Positions 19,505-29,160 of a DNA stretch of 64,000 nt are shown here, piece by piece. The stretch lies in the NCBI GenBank assembly GCA_963717365.1, contig OY970327.1, forward strand, positions 1,119,752-1,183,751. Reading direction: 5' to 3'. The notes below the pieces were generated by a model. That model was not told the DNA's origin. It saw only the letters and a program-made list of their open reading frames with translations, and did not search any database. Numbering within the stretch: the stretch's first letter is position 1; the number at the start of each line of letters is the position of its first letter. The translations under genes and the position numbers were made by a program. This DNA comes from Candidatus Saccharimonadia bacterium (GTDB taxonomy: Bacteria > Patescibacteriota > Saccharimonadia > Saccharimonadales > 2-12-FULL-41-12).

Positions 19505-21452
19505 ATGAAAAACATTAAACCAAACGGATCTTCCAAAACACGCGGCGCGGCCATCCGTGCTAACAAACGCAACCAGGAAGACGCCCAAAAAGTCATCAAC
19601 CAATACGCTGATGCCAGCCAGAAAATATTAAGACGGGCCAACGTTATCACAGACATGGCCGACAAATTAAAGGTCACCTTTCTTGGCGGCCTGGCTAGCG
19701 TTGGAGAAAAGAACATGGCCGTTATTGAGTATCGCAATGAGGCGATTATCCTCGACTGCGGTATGAACCTGAGCGTTAACTTGCCGGGGATCAATTACGA
19801 GATAAACGACACCACCTATCTTGAAACCATTAAACATAAGATCAAGGCCTACGTTATTACTCATGGCCACCTGGACCATATCGGCGGTTTGCGCCATACA
19901 GTGCCGGCGTATCCGGCACCGATATACGGATCGCGCTATACCAACGCGGTGATTGCTAAAACGTTTGAGGACGAATTGGTGAGATGGCCAAGACTTTAAG
20001 CCGGAACTTGTAACCATGGATGTCGACAGCCACCAGCGTCAGAAGATTGGCAGTTTCACGGTTGAATTTATCCGCATCACCCATGCCATTCCCGATGCCG
20101 CTGCTATTTGCATTGATACGCCAGTTGGCCGCATTATTGCCACTGGCGACTTTAGGCTTGATCCAGAGCCGCTGGATAATCGTCCTAGTGACAAGACTCG
20201 CTTGAAACAACTTGGCGACGAAGGAGTTTTGCTTTTAATGAGCGACAGCAGCTATGCCAACAGTGAAGGCCGGACGCCAACCGAACATACGCTCCAGGAC
20301 AGCCTGCACGATTTAATCGTGAATGCGAAGGGCCGGATATTCGTTTCGGCTTTCTCTAGCAATATGAACCGGGCGCAGATGATCATCAGTGCCGCTGTTG
20401 CGGCCGGCCGCAAAGTCACGCTCGACGGCCGCAGCATGTTGGCCTACGCCGAAATCGCCGTCAAACAGGGTATTTTAAAAGTACCAAAAGGGGCAATAGT
20501 ACCGATGAACCAAACTGCAAATATACCGGCCGACCAGCTACTTGTAATGTGCACCGGAGGGCAAGGCGAGCCAAACGCCGCCTTGCAGCGTATGAGTGAA
20601 GGACAGCATAAATACGTCAACCTTGCTCCCGGCGACACGGTTATAATCAGCTCCACGCCGATTCCAGGTAATGAAGTGACCTATGACCAAATCAGTAACC
20701 GCCTGAAACAAAAAGGCGTACACTTATATCGCCATCCAACGCATGAACTGGACGGCTGTGGCCCGCTGCACGTTTCCGGCCATGCCCGGCGCGATGAACT
20801 GCGCGAAATGATCCAGATGGTCCGGCCTAAGTTCTTGATTCCGGTCCATGCAGGAACACTCAGACGCTACTACCACGCCGAGCTCGGCATTGAAGAAGGT
20901 ATCCCGCGCGCTCATGCCTTACTGCCAGACAATGGAGACAGCTTATACTTTACTGGTAATTCAGTAGAGTCTGGCGGCCAGGTACCGCATGGCAGCCGCT
21001 TGATTGACCAGAATGGCGCCACGGTCAACGGCATTGTCATCAAAGATCGCCTGATGCTGAGCGAAGAAGGCATTGTAACGGTAACGTTAACCATCGATAA
21101 AAAATCCGGCCAGCTGCTAACCAGCCCAGATATCATCACACGCGGCTTTATTGCGGTGCGCGACAATGAAGAGCTGATGCAGCTATTCAGGTCAGAACTA
21201 CGCCGCGCAGTGGCCCAACGCTACAGCCGCGTTGAACTTGACCGTTTCAAACTTGAGATCAAAGAGCACATTACCCATTTTCTATACGAACAAACTAAAC
21301 GCAGCCCAATGGTAATCCCGGTGATTAATGTGGTGGGCGGCAAAGCGCAGGTGCCGGTCACTCACGTGAATAAACACCCTGTGGCTGCAGGGAATCAAGG
21401 TAATCAAGACCAGCAGCGCTTTGCTGAAATGCGCAGTCGACTCCTTAAGTAG
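19505..21452 (+). pseudogene. rnj: ribonuclease J, reading frame interrupted (segments 19505..19999 and 19983/20016..21452)
   Basis: The N-terminal segment has the metallo-beta-lactamase motifs (KVTFLGGLASVGEKNM, ITHGHLDHIGG). The second segment continues with TGDFRLD, beta-CASP and the C-terminal domain. The two parts are in different frames (+1). Confidence 0.85.
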
Positions 21453-21489
21453 CCGTTAACTAAGTAAACTATAAAATATAATAAAGTAC

Positions 21490-21518
21490 TTGACAAATTC
21501 ACTTTACTTTGATAAAGT
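21490..21518 (+). promoter_or_regulatory. promoter positioned for a leaderless yerC-like mRNA
   Basis: TTGACA (21490..21495), 17-nt spacer, TAAAGT (21513..21518). The ATG lies 7 nt downstream with no SD. Confidence 0.45.
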
Positions 21519-21525
21519 ATACAGT

Positions 21526-21858
21526 ATGAAAAAAGAAGTAAGCAAAATTTGGGAAGACGTGCAGGCACAGCAATTAGCTGATGCTCTGACTATTATTACC
21601 GATAAAAATACTATGCAAAACTTCTTAAACGATGTTATGACTGCAAAAGAGATTACCGAGATGGGCGCACGATTAGAAGCTGCCCGCATGCTGCAAGCAG
21701 GCGATAAGTATATCGACATAACCAAGAAAACCAAGTTGAGCAGCCGCACCGTCGCTCGTATTAGCGATTGGCTTAAGAACGGCTGCAACGGTTACCAAGC
21801 AGCCTTACAAACAATTAACCAGCATCACGACCATATCCCGCCAGTCCGTGCTGATTAA
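21526..21858 (+). CDS. TrpR-like YerC/YecD family DNA-binding protein
   Basis: ORF-track 21490..21858, with the ATG at 21526. LNDVMTAKEITEMGARLEAARML...SSRTVARISDWLKNGCNGY matches the YerC/YecD pattern. Confidence 0.75.
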   Translation: MKKEVSKIWEDVQAQQLADALTIITDKNTMQNFLNDVMTAKEITEMGARLEAARMLQAGDKYIDITKKTKLSSRTVARISDWLKNGCNGYQAALQTINQHHDHIPPVRAD

Positions 21859-21883
21859 ATCGTTTGCTTAATTACTAGCTAGA

Positions 21884-21908
21884 ACGCCAGCACGTCGCTG
21901 GCGTTTTT
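21884..21908 (+). terminator. rho-independent terminator
   Basis: ACGCCAGC / GCTGGCGT stem followed by TTTTT. Confidence 0.65.
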
Positions 21909-21947
21909 AGTTATTGAATAAATTTAAATTTTAAAAGGAGTTCTATT

Positions 21948-22775
21948 ATGGGTAACCCATATGTAGTTTCAGCCGAGCTAGATTTAGTTACGGCTGGCTT
22001 AGAACAAATTGTTAAACGAGATAGTATTGAAGACTTTAGAGAAAGCCTCGATACAGACCTGCGCGCCATGGGCAAAGAAACCCTCTGGGTATCTTCTGGC
22101 ACCATGCAAAATGGCATAGAGCAAACTATTGCCAAAACTAATCTCCCGGTAGTGAGCCTGGACGACAGATATGTGTCGTCAGCGGCACAATACCTGGGTA
22201 TTTCAAGGGGTGTTAATCCGTTGCTGGATGATGATGGCTACGTCGCACGATGCGGCTATCCTTCCATAGAGCAGCAACTGCGGCAAGTTCCATCCCTTGG
22301 CAAAGAAATAATGCTTGCGGATGATGTGCTCTTCAGCGGCCAAATGGTCGCTTGGCTAGCCGATGCGCTTAAACCTTATGGCGTAAAAATTGGAGCAGTG
22401 GTCGTTGGTATTGCCATACAAGAAGGCATTAACCGGCTGGCGGCAAAGGAAATTGAAGTGATCGCCACGGAAGTGTTTGAAGAAGTCGAGGACGAAATAT
22501 GCGAGCGTGATTTTGCGGTCGTACCGGGTTCGGGCAGGCGCATTGATGTCCTAGCCTCAAACGCCTTGTACTTTGACACTAAAAATGGAAAACCTGCCAG
22601 CTGGGCTTCAATATGTCCGGAAAGTGCCGAGGCGTTTTGCGCTAGTAGCCTTCAAAGAAGTATCAACTTGTTGCAGCCAGGCGTACCCATGCAAAGACTC
22701 GGAACTTTTCTGGGATACGGCACCAATGGCTGCGGCGCTAGCCTAATAAGTGAGCGCTTAGGAGAACTATCATGA
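21948..22775 (+). CDS. phosphoribosyltransferase-like protein
   Basis: Type I PRTase PRPP-loop-like segment EIMLADDVLFSGQM. The remainder is unrecognised. Confidence 0.5.
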   Translation: MGNPYVVSAELDLVTAGLEQIVKRDSIEDFRESLDTDLRAMGKETLWVSSGTMQNGIEQTIAKTNLPVVSLDDRYVSSAAQYLGISRGVNPLLDDDGYVARCGYPSIEQQLRQVPSLGKEIMLADDVLFSGQMVAWLADALKPYGVKIGAVVVGIAIQEGINRLAAKEIEVIATEVFEEVEDEICERDFAVVPGSGRRIDVLASNALYFDTKNGKPASWASICPESAEAFCASSLQRSINLLQPGVPMQRLGTFLGYGTNGCGASLISERLGELS

Positions 22776-23314
22776 GACGGCTACAGATTGGAGTTATTGG
22801 TTCGTGCAGTGATTTAGAGTATTCAGAAGATGCTCAGCAGTTTGCCCAAGAATTAGGCAGGCTTATCGCCCAAAAAAAATATACCTTGGTTTTTGGTGCC
22901 GAAAAAGATATTAACTCTCTGCCCACAATCGCCGCAGTAGCCGCAAAAAAATCAGGCGGAGAGACGCTGGGGGTAACCTATGAAAAAGGCCTTACACTTT
23001 TCAGCGAAAAAGCTGCGTCAGTGGTTGTAGCGGCAGGCTTAGTGCGCGGCGGAGGGCGGGAAACCGTCCTCATGCTGAGCTGTGATACCGTAATCTCGAT
23101 TGCGGGTGGCTCCGGAACACTGAACGAAATATGCGTTGCCTATCAAGCAAATATACCAGTTGTGGCAGTTAGAACGTTTGGCGGATGGAGCCAAAAACTG
23201 GCTGGCACTTATCTTGATGATAGGAAAAGGTACAAATTTCTATCTGTGACAAGTCCTCAGGAGGCTCTTGATTTGGCCGTACAGGCGGCACAAGAAAGGC
23301 GTGGAAGTGCGTAG
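22772..23314 (+). CDS. LOG / TIGR00725-like Rossmann-fold nucleotide-binding protein
   Basis: IGVIGS N-terminus and the AGGSGTLNE motif (PGG.GT..E of the LOG/lysine-decarboxylase-like family). ATGA overlap with the upstream gene. Confidence 0.7.
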   Translation: MRRLQIGVIGSCSDLEYSEDAQQFAQELGRLIAQKKYTLVFGAEKDINSLPTIAAVAAKKSGGETLGVTYEKGLTLFSEKAASVVVAAGLVRGGGRETVLMLSCDTVISIAGGSGTLNEICVAYQANIPVVAVRTFGGWSQKLAGTYLDDRKRYKFLSVTSPQEALDLAVQAAQERRGSA

Positions 23315-24029
23315 TATTCTTTTTATATGCGCGACTCACGGCGACGAAGGTTTTTCGGTCGATGTACTGGATGAACTATCAAAGACGTATAACCCCAAAG
23401 AATACGGATATGATTGGATTATTGGCAATCCGCTAGCATTAAAGAGCGGTACACGGTTCATAGATAAAGACTTAAATCGCTCCGCGCCAGGTGATCCTGG
23501 AAGCCAATACTATGATGACCGCAGGGCTGCGGAGATTATTAAATTGAGTCGGCAGTATGACGCCGTTATTGATATCCATGGTTCGGTAGCTGATTGCGGC
23601 GTTGTAACAATAGTTCCGTATCCAACAACCGAGAATATGGCTCTGGCAGAATCACTTCCCATTGAACGGACTGTAATCTGGTATTCAAAAAAATCGACAG
23701 TAAGCGGGCCTTTGGCGCAGTATGTAATGTGCCCATCAGTAGAAATAGAATGCGGGCCCAAGAATGACCCAGTTGTACAGGATAATTTGAAAGCAATCAT
23801 TGGGAATATTATTGTAGCTAACTTGAATGACAACGATATCTCGCTACCTGATCAAGAACTTTTCTCGGTTTATGGCAAGGAGCTAGGAAGGTCGGATAAA
23901 ACCGTTAAAGATTTTCAAGAATGTGTAAGAAGCGGCGAAAAATTCTATCCTTTTTTGTCGGCGAATCAGTATGAGGGGGTTGTGTGCTACAAGCTCAAGC
24001 GAGCTACCTGCGAAGACATCCTCCTATGA
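23268..24029 (+). CDS. AstE/AspA (M14-like) family hydrolase, paralog of 8247..9059
   Basis: ATHGDEGFS, LNRSAPG, VIDIHGS, EIECGP. The true start may be the GTG at 23301. Overlaps the upstream gene. Confidence 0.7.
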   Translation: MIWPYRRHKKGVEVRSILFICATHGDEGFSVDVLDELSKTYNPKEYGYDWIIGNPLALKSGTRFIDKDLNRSAPGDPGSQYYDDRRAAEIIKLSRQYDAVIDIHGSVADCGVVTIVPYPTTENMALAESLPIERTVIWYSKKSTVSGPLAQYVMCPSVEIECGPKNDPVVQDNLKAIIGNIIVANLNDNDISLPDQELFSVYGKELGRSDKTVKDFQECVRSGEKFYPFLSANQYEGVVCYKLKRATCEDILL

Positions 24030-24062
24030 TATGAGCGAGCAAGCACATATAATTAGCCTTGA

Positions 24063-24989
24063 ATGAACCCAGACACAAAACTTACCCAGCATCAAATTAA
24101 AGCGATTTGTTTTAAACACGACATCTCATACGTAGAGCACTCAAGGATTACAACAGGCTTCAGCCACGAGGTACATCTATTGAACGATAACCTCGTTATT
24201 AAAATATTTAACGCAAAGGATTCGAAGAAATTTCAAACTGAGTCTAAGTTGCTGTCGGCTGACTTTGATTTTCTAAAACCCAAACTAATTGCAGCCAGCG
24301 AGAATGATGAATTGTTAAAGCGCAGCTACATAATCATGACTTTTATCGAAGGCCTATCACTGGGCAGCGTATGGCATAAAGCCAATGACGTGCAACGGGA
24401 AAAATTGATTGCCGAAATTAGTAAAAATTTAAAAACTATAAATAAGATTGATCCAGTAAAAATTAATCTCAAAAGTCCGGTCTCATGGCAAGATTCTCTT
24501 TTCAACGGCAGTAAAGAACTAACAGCTGAACTTCAAGAAAGAAATATCATTGATAAATTGACTGCCGATAAAACCGTTCAATTTGTTAAGAATAACCTAG
24601 GCGTTTTGTCAGACAGTCCGCTTTATCTGGTGTACTGGGATATTCACTTTGATAACTTCATTGTTAATGAAAATTTTGAACTTAAGGCAATGATTGATTT
24701 AGAAAACGTTGAACTAACTGCGCTGGACTATCCACTATTTGTAATTAAAAAAATGATGGATGAGCCCAAAAAATATCTGCGAGAGAAAGATGAAAAGTAT
24801 GCTAGGAAAGAAGATTACGTTCAGTTGGAAGAGTGGTATCGAAAATATTATCCTGAAATGTTTCTGTTCGATAAGCTGGATCAACGAATAGAAATATATC
24901 AACTCCTAGATATCCTGCATTTGATGAAGAACTGGTCGCATCTACTCGAACTTCCAAAAAAACTAAGAAGCATTATAAGCAATTCATAG
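24063..24989 (+). CDS. aminoglycoside phosphotransferase / choline-kinase family kinase
   Basis: VYWDIHFDNFIV catalytic loop and MIDLENV metal-binding motif. Confidence 0.75.
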   Translation: MNPDTKLTQHQIKAICFKHDISYVEHSRITTGFSHEVHLLNDNLVIKIFNAKDSKKFQTESKLLSADFDFLKPKLIAASENDELLKRSYIIMTFIEGLSLGSVWHKANDVQREKLIAEISKNLKTINKIDPVKINLKSPVSWQDSLFNGSKELTAELQERNIIDKLTADKTVQFVKNNLGVLSDSPLYLVYWDIHFDNFIVNENFELKAMIDLENVELTALDYPLFVIKKMMDEPKKYLREKDEKYARKEDYVQLEEWYRKYYPEMFLFDKLDQRIEIYQLLDILHLMKNWSHLLELPKKLRSIISNS

Positions 24990-25033
24990 AGCTCCTAACT
25001 TAAAGCTTACGCTTTGTTTGCTATACTTCGAAA

Positions 25034-25192
25034 ATGAGTCTTGTTTGGATATTTATTACTATTGGCGGAGGAATTGGCGGTTATTTACCGATGTTGTTGG
25101 GAGTGGATGGATTTTCGGCCTGGAGTATTCTTGGCGGCACTGCGGGGTCCCTCATCGGCTTGTGGCTGTATAAAAGACTTGATCTTGATTAG
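25034..25192 (+). CDS. 52-aa glycine-rich membrane protein (possibly GlsB/YeaQ/YmgE-like)
   Basis: Hand-translated MSLVWIFITIGGGIGGYLPMLLGVDGFSAWSILGGTAGSLIGLWLYKRLDLD. Two hydrophobic Gly-rich segments. Too short for the ORF track. Confidence 0.45.
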   Translation: MSLVWIFITIGGGIGGYLPMLLGVDGFSAWSILGGTAGSLIGLWLYKRLDLD

Positions 25193-25233
25193 CTTTTCAG
25201 CGATTTAGTGGCTGATTAGTTTATAATTCCAAC

Positions 25234-27405
25234 ATGTTCTGGCAACGGTATGGTTTTGTGCTTCTGTTTATTTGTATTTCTTTTTTAAGTGCCGGGCTAC
25301 TTTTTATGAGCGAACCGATGGTCGGTCGGTTGCTCTTGCCACTTTTTGGCGGGTCGCCAGCGGTTTGGAATACCTGTATTTTATTCTTCCAGTCGGTATT
25401 ATTATTGGGCTATGTATACGTGCATCTAATAACCAGAAAACTAGGCTTTAAGCGGCTTCTTTTTGCCCATAGTATAATCTTGATATTGCCACTGGCAGTA
25501 TTGCCTTTTGCGCTACCAACCTGGGCAAGCACGGTGCCAGCCGATATCCCCGAATTACGCATACTAGCAATTTTGGCGATTACTATTGGGGCGCCATTTT
25601 TTGTACTTGCAACGTTTGGACCACTTATGCAGTATTTGCTGGCCGCCACTCGTCATCCTCGCTCAAAACAGCCGTACTTCTTATACGCTGCCAGTAATTT
25701 TGGCAGTTTTATCGCATTGCTGGCTTACCCGTTTCTAGTAGAGCCACTGGTCTCGCTTAAAAAGCAGGCGGTTGCTTGGACGATAGGATACAGTATTCTT
25801 ATTCTGTTGACGTTTGTCTGCATGATTACGGTTTACCGGCAACGGAATCATAAAATTGCTACAAAAGTACCTAAATTGTTTGCAGCCAGCCCTTGGCGTA
25901 CTCGCTTGCATTGGACTTTCCTAGCCTTTTTACCATCAAGTCTGTTGCTTGGTGTGACCGCATATATAACCACCGACGTGGCATCGGCACCACTGTTATG
26001 GATAATACCACTAGCACTGTATTTGCTCACGTTTGTAGTCGCCTTTGGTGTTAAGCGGCCAACTTTGATAGTTTCTTGGATAGCTCCTCTGGTTGCGGCC
26101 GGCTTATTTGTTACACTGATGATTAGTGTTTTTACGTTCCCATTACCGCAAGCGATAATAGCGGGCGCATACTTAGCATTGTTTACTCTGATTGCCTTAT
26201 TAGCGCATGGGCGTTTAGCAACCATAAGGCCAGAACCAACAAGATTAACTGAATTTTATCTCTGGATAGCAATTGGCGGCGCTTTAGGAGGTGTATTTAA
26301 CGGATTGTTAGCGCCGCTGATCTTTAATGATATTTATGAATTCCGGCTGGCACTCTTAATGGCGATACCATTGTTAGTTGGTTCAATAAAAATCATTAAC
26401 AGACTAGGGTTAAGTGTACTACTGGCTCTGTTACCGGCAGTCCTCTTTGGTACATTTTATATAATCACCCAGTTACCACAGGTGGAGGTTACCCAAAATA
26501 CAGCTGCTGTAATAATTGCGTTCGCTTTGGTTATTACCTATCTCATGTACCGCTATCGTCCGCTGTTTTTCAGCATCGGTCTTGTGCCACTGCTACTCAT
26601 TCCTATCGGAGTACTCGCACTACAGACAAATTTATTAAAAGAGCGAACTTTCTTTGGCGTTATTAAAGTTACAGATACCAATGAAAGAAGAGCCATGCTA
26701 CATGGTACCACCCAGCATGGAACGCAGCACTTGGATCCACAAAAAGCTACTGAACCTACCACGTATTACCATAAAAAAGGTCCACTTGGAGACATTATGA
26801 AAGCCTGCCAACAAAATTCTAGCTGCGGACAAATTGGCGCTATAGGTTTAGGAACTGGGACAGTCGCCGCTTATGGTGAGACTGGTAAACGACTTACATT
26901 TTACGAGATCGATCCAAAGGTAATTGAGATAGCTCGGAACCCTCGTTATTTCTCGTATATTCATACTAGTAAAGCCGAAGTCTCTACCCTTTTAGGCGAT
27001 GCTCGTCTGAGCCTACAGAAAGACCCTACTCGTCATGACGTGTTGATTGTAGATGCCTTCAGCTCCGATGCCATACCGGTGCATTTGTTAACTTTAGAAG
27101 CGGTGCAACTGTATCAACAAAGACTAACCGAAAATGGTTTACTGGCTGTGCATATTAGTAACCGTCATTTAGACCTAGAGCCTATAATCAAAGCTATTGC
27201 ACAAGAGCAAGGATTAGCAGCGCTAGTGCGTTACGATAGAGTGACATACGAAGAAGATAATTATAGATCACAATGGGTAGTATTGGCCAGAGAGCCAGCT
27301 ATTATGGATTATTTCAAAAATATCTCATCATGGAAGCCACTCCAAGGTAGTAATACTAAAGTCTGGACTGATGATTATTCCAGTATCCCTGACGCACTAC
27401 GTTAA
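25234..27405 (+). CDS. fused polytopic membrane / spermidine synthase-like methyltransferase-fold protein
   Basis: About 480 aa of TM helices, then IGLGTGTVAAY...FYEIDP...DVLIVDAFSSDAIPVHLLT (spermidine-synthase family). Confidence 0.8.
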   Translation: MFWQRYGFVLLFICISFLSAGLLFMSEPMVGRLLLPLFGGSPAVWNTCILFFQSVLLLGYVYVHLITRKLGFKRLLFAHSIILILPLAVLPFALPTWASTVPADIPELRILAILAITIGAPFFVLATFGPLMQYLLAATRHPRSKQPYFLYAASNFGSFIALLAYPFLVEPLVSLKKQAVAWTIGYSILILLTFVCMITVYRQRNHKIATKVPKLFAASPWRTRLHWTFLAFLPSSLLLGVTAYITTDVASAPLLWIIPLALYLLTFVVAFGVKRPTLIVSWIAPLVAAGLFVTLMISVFTFPLPQAIIAGAYLALFTLIALLAHGRLATIRPEPTRLTEFYLWIAIGGALGGVFNGLLAPLIFNDIYEFRLALLMAIPLLVGSIKIINRLGLSVLLALLPAVLFGTFYIITQLPQVEVTQNTAAVIIAFALVITYLMYRYRPLFFSIGLVPLLLIPIGVLALQTNLLKERTFFGVIKVTDTNERRAMLHGTTQHGTQHLDPQKATEPTTYYHKKGPLGDIMKACQQNSSCGQIGAIGLGTGTVAAYGETGKRLTFYEIDPKVIEIARNPRYFSYIHTSKAEVSTLLGDARLSLQKDPTRHDVLIVDAFSSDAIPVHLLTLEAVQLYQQRLTENGLLAVHISNRHLDLEPIIKAIAQEQGLAALVRYDRVTYEEDNYRSQWVVLAREPAIMDYFKNISSWKPLQGSNTKVWTDDYSSIPDALR

Positions 27406-27473
27406 CGGGCTATAACGGTAGTGTTTTAATAGAAATTCTGCTATATTAATGACAGTTATCTAAGTAAATAAAA

Positions 27474-29147
27474 ATGTTTAAAACAAAAAAAGCCCATCGG
27501 CATATTCTGCGTATTTTTATAGCCATGCTTGGCATGGCGCTTATTTTTAATCAGTTTAATCCCGCAAAAGCTGCCACTGACAAGGTAGAATTATACTTAA
27601 ATCCAGCTAGTGCTAGCATAAACAGCGGGGCAGGCTTATCGGTAAAAGTATTCCTTGAACAAAATACTAGCCAAGATTCCCAGTATGTATCGGCCAAGAT
27701 TAAATTTCCACCAAACACACTAAGCGTAGGTTCTCTTTCAACTGCGGGCAGTTTCTTTGCCAATAATCCCGGCGACCCCTATAGGAGGGTTACATACAAT
27801 AATAATACGGGCGTTATTGAGATTAGTGGATTCAATTCAACTACCAATATTATGCCAGCCGGCACCTATCTGGTTGGAACTATTAATTTTATTGGCAAAG
27901 GATTTGGGTCGGCTGCAGTCAGTTTTGAGCCGAGCTCGCTTGCAGCTGAAGAACCAGGGGATTCTAATGAACTAACGGGATCACGCGGCGCTACCTATAC
28001 GGTAACAACGCCCGCGCCACCTCCTGTTTTACCTCCACCAAGTTCACCAGCACCGCCTGCTTCAAATCCAGCTACCGGCTCAGCCCCGAACAGTGGAACA
28101 TCCTCTAATTCGAATGGTCGCCCAGCAACTTCCGGCGGAACAGCGACAGCGGGAACTCCAGGAGCCGCCACCCCTGGGGTGGCATCGGATCCGTCATCAA
28201 ATGGGACTACTGATGAAACGGCTTTAACCCCTTTTAGCCCCGACAAACCGGTTATTACTAATGTTGAAGTAAGTAACATTAGTGCCAACTCGGCAATAGT
28301 TAGTTGGGAAACGACACCAATCTCAAGGGCGACTTTCAAGTACGGCACTGAACCAACAAATTTGGCTCAGGAAATTCAACTTGCTGACGTTTCAAATAAG
28401 ATGAAAGTAGAGCTGAAAGACTTACCAGTAGGCAAAACAATCTATTATGAAATTGCCGAAGTGCAGAGCGATCAGGCAACCAGCTATTTTGGCGACTTTA
28501 AAACCGGTAATCAAACCAACGGCTTACTCACCATAGGTATGATCGTAGGTGGAATAATTATCGGGCTAGGATTGCTTGGGGCGGGTTACATGTTTTTCAA
28601 ACGCAGACAGCATTCCGTGGTTGGCTCTGCAAAGCTAACGCCTGTCCAGTCATATGAGATCCCAACTGAAAAAGTGGTACCTATTTTGGCACCACAAACC
28701 AATTTTACTCCTATTACACCAGAAAGCACTGCCCCAGCCCCAGTACCTACGGTCATTGTGCCCAGTCATTCAGAAATTGAGCCTGCAGCAGAAACAGTAA
28801 AAGAGATGCCGGAAACGCTTGATCCCTTGCCGCAGCCGTTTGTTCCTCAGCAGGCACCGTTTGTTCCACCGGCGCAAATTGTGGCACCGACTGCACACGG
28901 GTCAATGTCCTCTCCAGCTATACCCACTCAGCTAGCGCCACCTGAGGGTGCACCTACCACGATCTCTCGTCAACCCGACGAGGCCACAACTCACTGGCCA
29001 TGGACAGCTACGCCCGCCGAAACAACAAGTACCGGCCAGGGTACAGCTGCAAAATTACTGGAAGATGATGATATCCCAGATATGTACGAAGTCGGACAGG
29101 AAAGATTAAAGGAAGTCGAGGAGCACTTACATCCTCACAAGCGTTGA
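27474..29147 (+). CDS. surface protein: signal peptide, cohesin-like domain, Pro-rich linker, FN3-like domain, TM helix, Pro-rich tail
   Basis: Signal sequence ending AKA-A. The pattern KVELYLNPASASINSGAGLSVKVFL is cohesin-like. VSWETTP..FKYG is FN3-like. The TM helix is LLTIGMIVGGIIIGLGLLGAGYMFF. Confidence 0.65.
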   Translation: MFKTKKAHRHILRIFIAMLGMALIFNQFNPAKAATDKVELYLNPASASINSGAGLSVKVFLEQNTSQDSQYVSAKIKFPPNTLSVGSLSTAGSFFANNPGDPYRRVTYNNNTGVIEISGFNSTTNIMPAGTYLVGTINFIGKGFGSAAVSFEPSSLAAEEPGDSNELTGSRGATYTVTTPAPPPVLPPPSSPAPPASNPATGSAPNSGTSSNSNGRPATSGGTATAGTPGAATPGVASDPSSNGTTDETALTPFSPDKPVITNVEVSNISANSAIVSWETTPISRATFKYGTEPTNLAQEIQLADVSNKMKVELKDLPVGKTIYYEIAEVQSDQATSYFGDFKTGNQTNGLLTIGMIVGGIIIGLGLLGAGYMFFKRRQHSVVGSAKLTPVQSYEIPTEKVVPILAPQTNFTPITPESTAPAPVPTVIVPSHSEIEPAAETVKEMPETLDPLPQPFVPQQAPFVPPAQIVAPTAHGSMSSPAIPTQLAPPEGAPTTISRQPDEATTHWPWTATPAETTSTGQGTAAKLLEDDDIPDMYEVGQERLKEVEEHLHPHKR

Positions 29148-29160
29148 ACCCATTTTATTA

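Noticed and set aside
20252-21166. Chain of 60-85-aa minus-strand ORFs inside rnj, with similar ones inside the GH3 gene, recA, rny, ruvB and the spermidine-synthase-like gene.
   Set aside because: They lie entirely antisense to long genes with strong motif support, and they lack RBSs. These are typical shadow ORFs.
27990-28260. Repetitive-looking CCA/CCT/GCA-rich DNA that might have been a tandem repeat.
   Set aside because: It is in-frame Pro/Ser/Thr/Gly-rich linker coding sequence of the surface protein. No exact DNA repeat unit is present.
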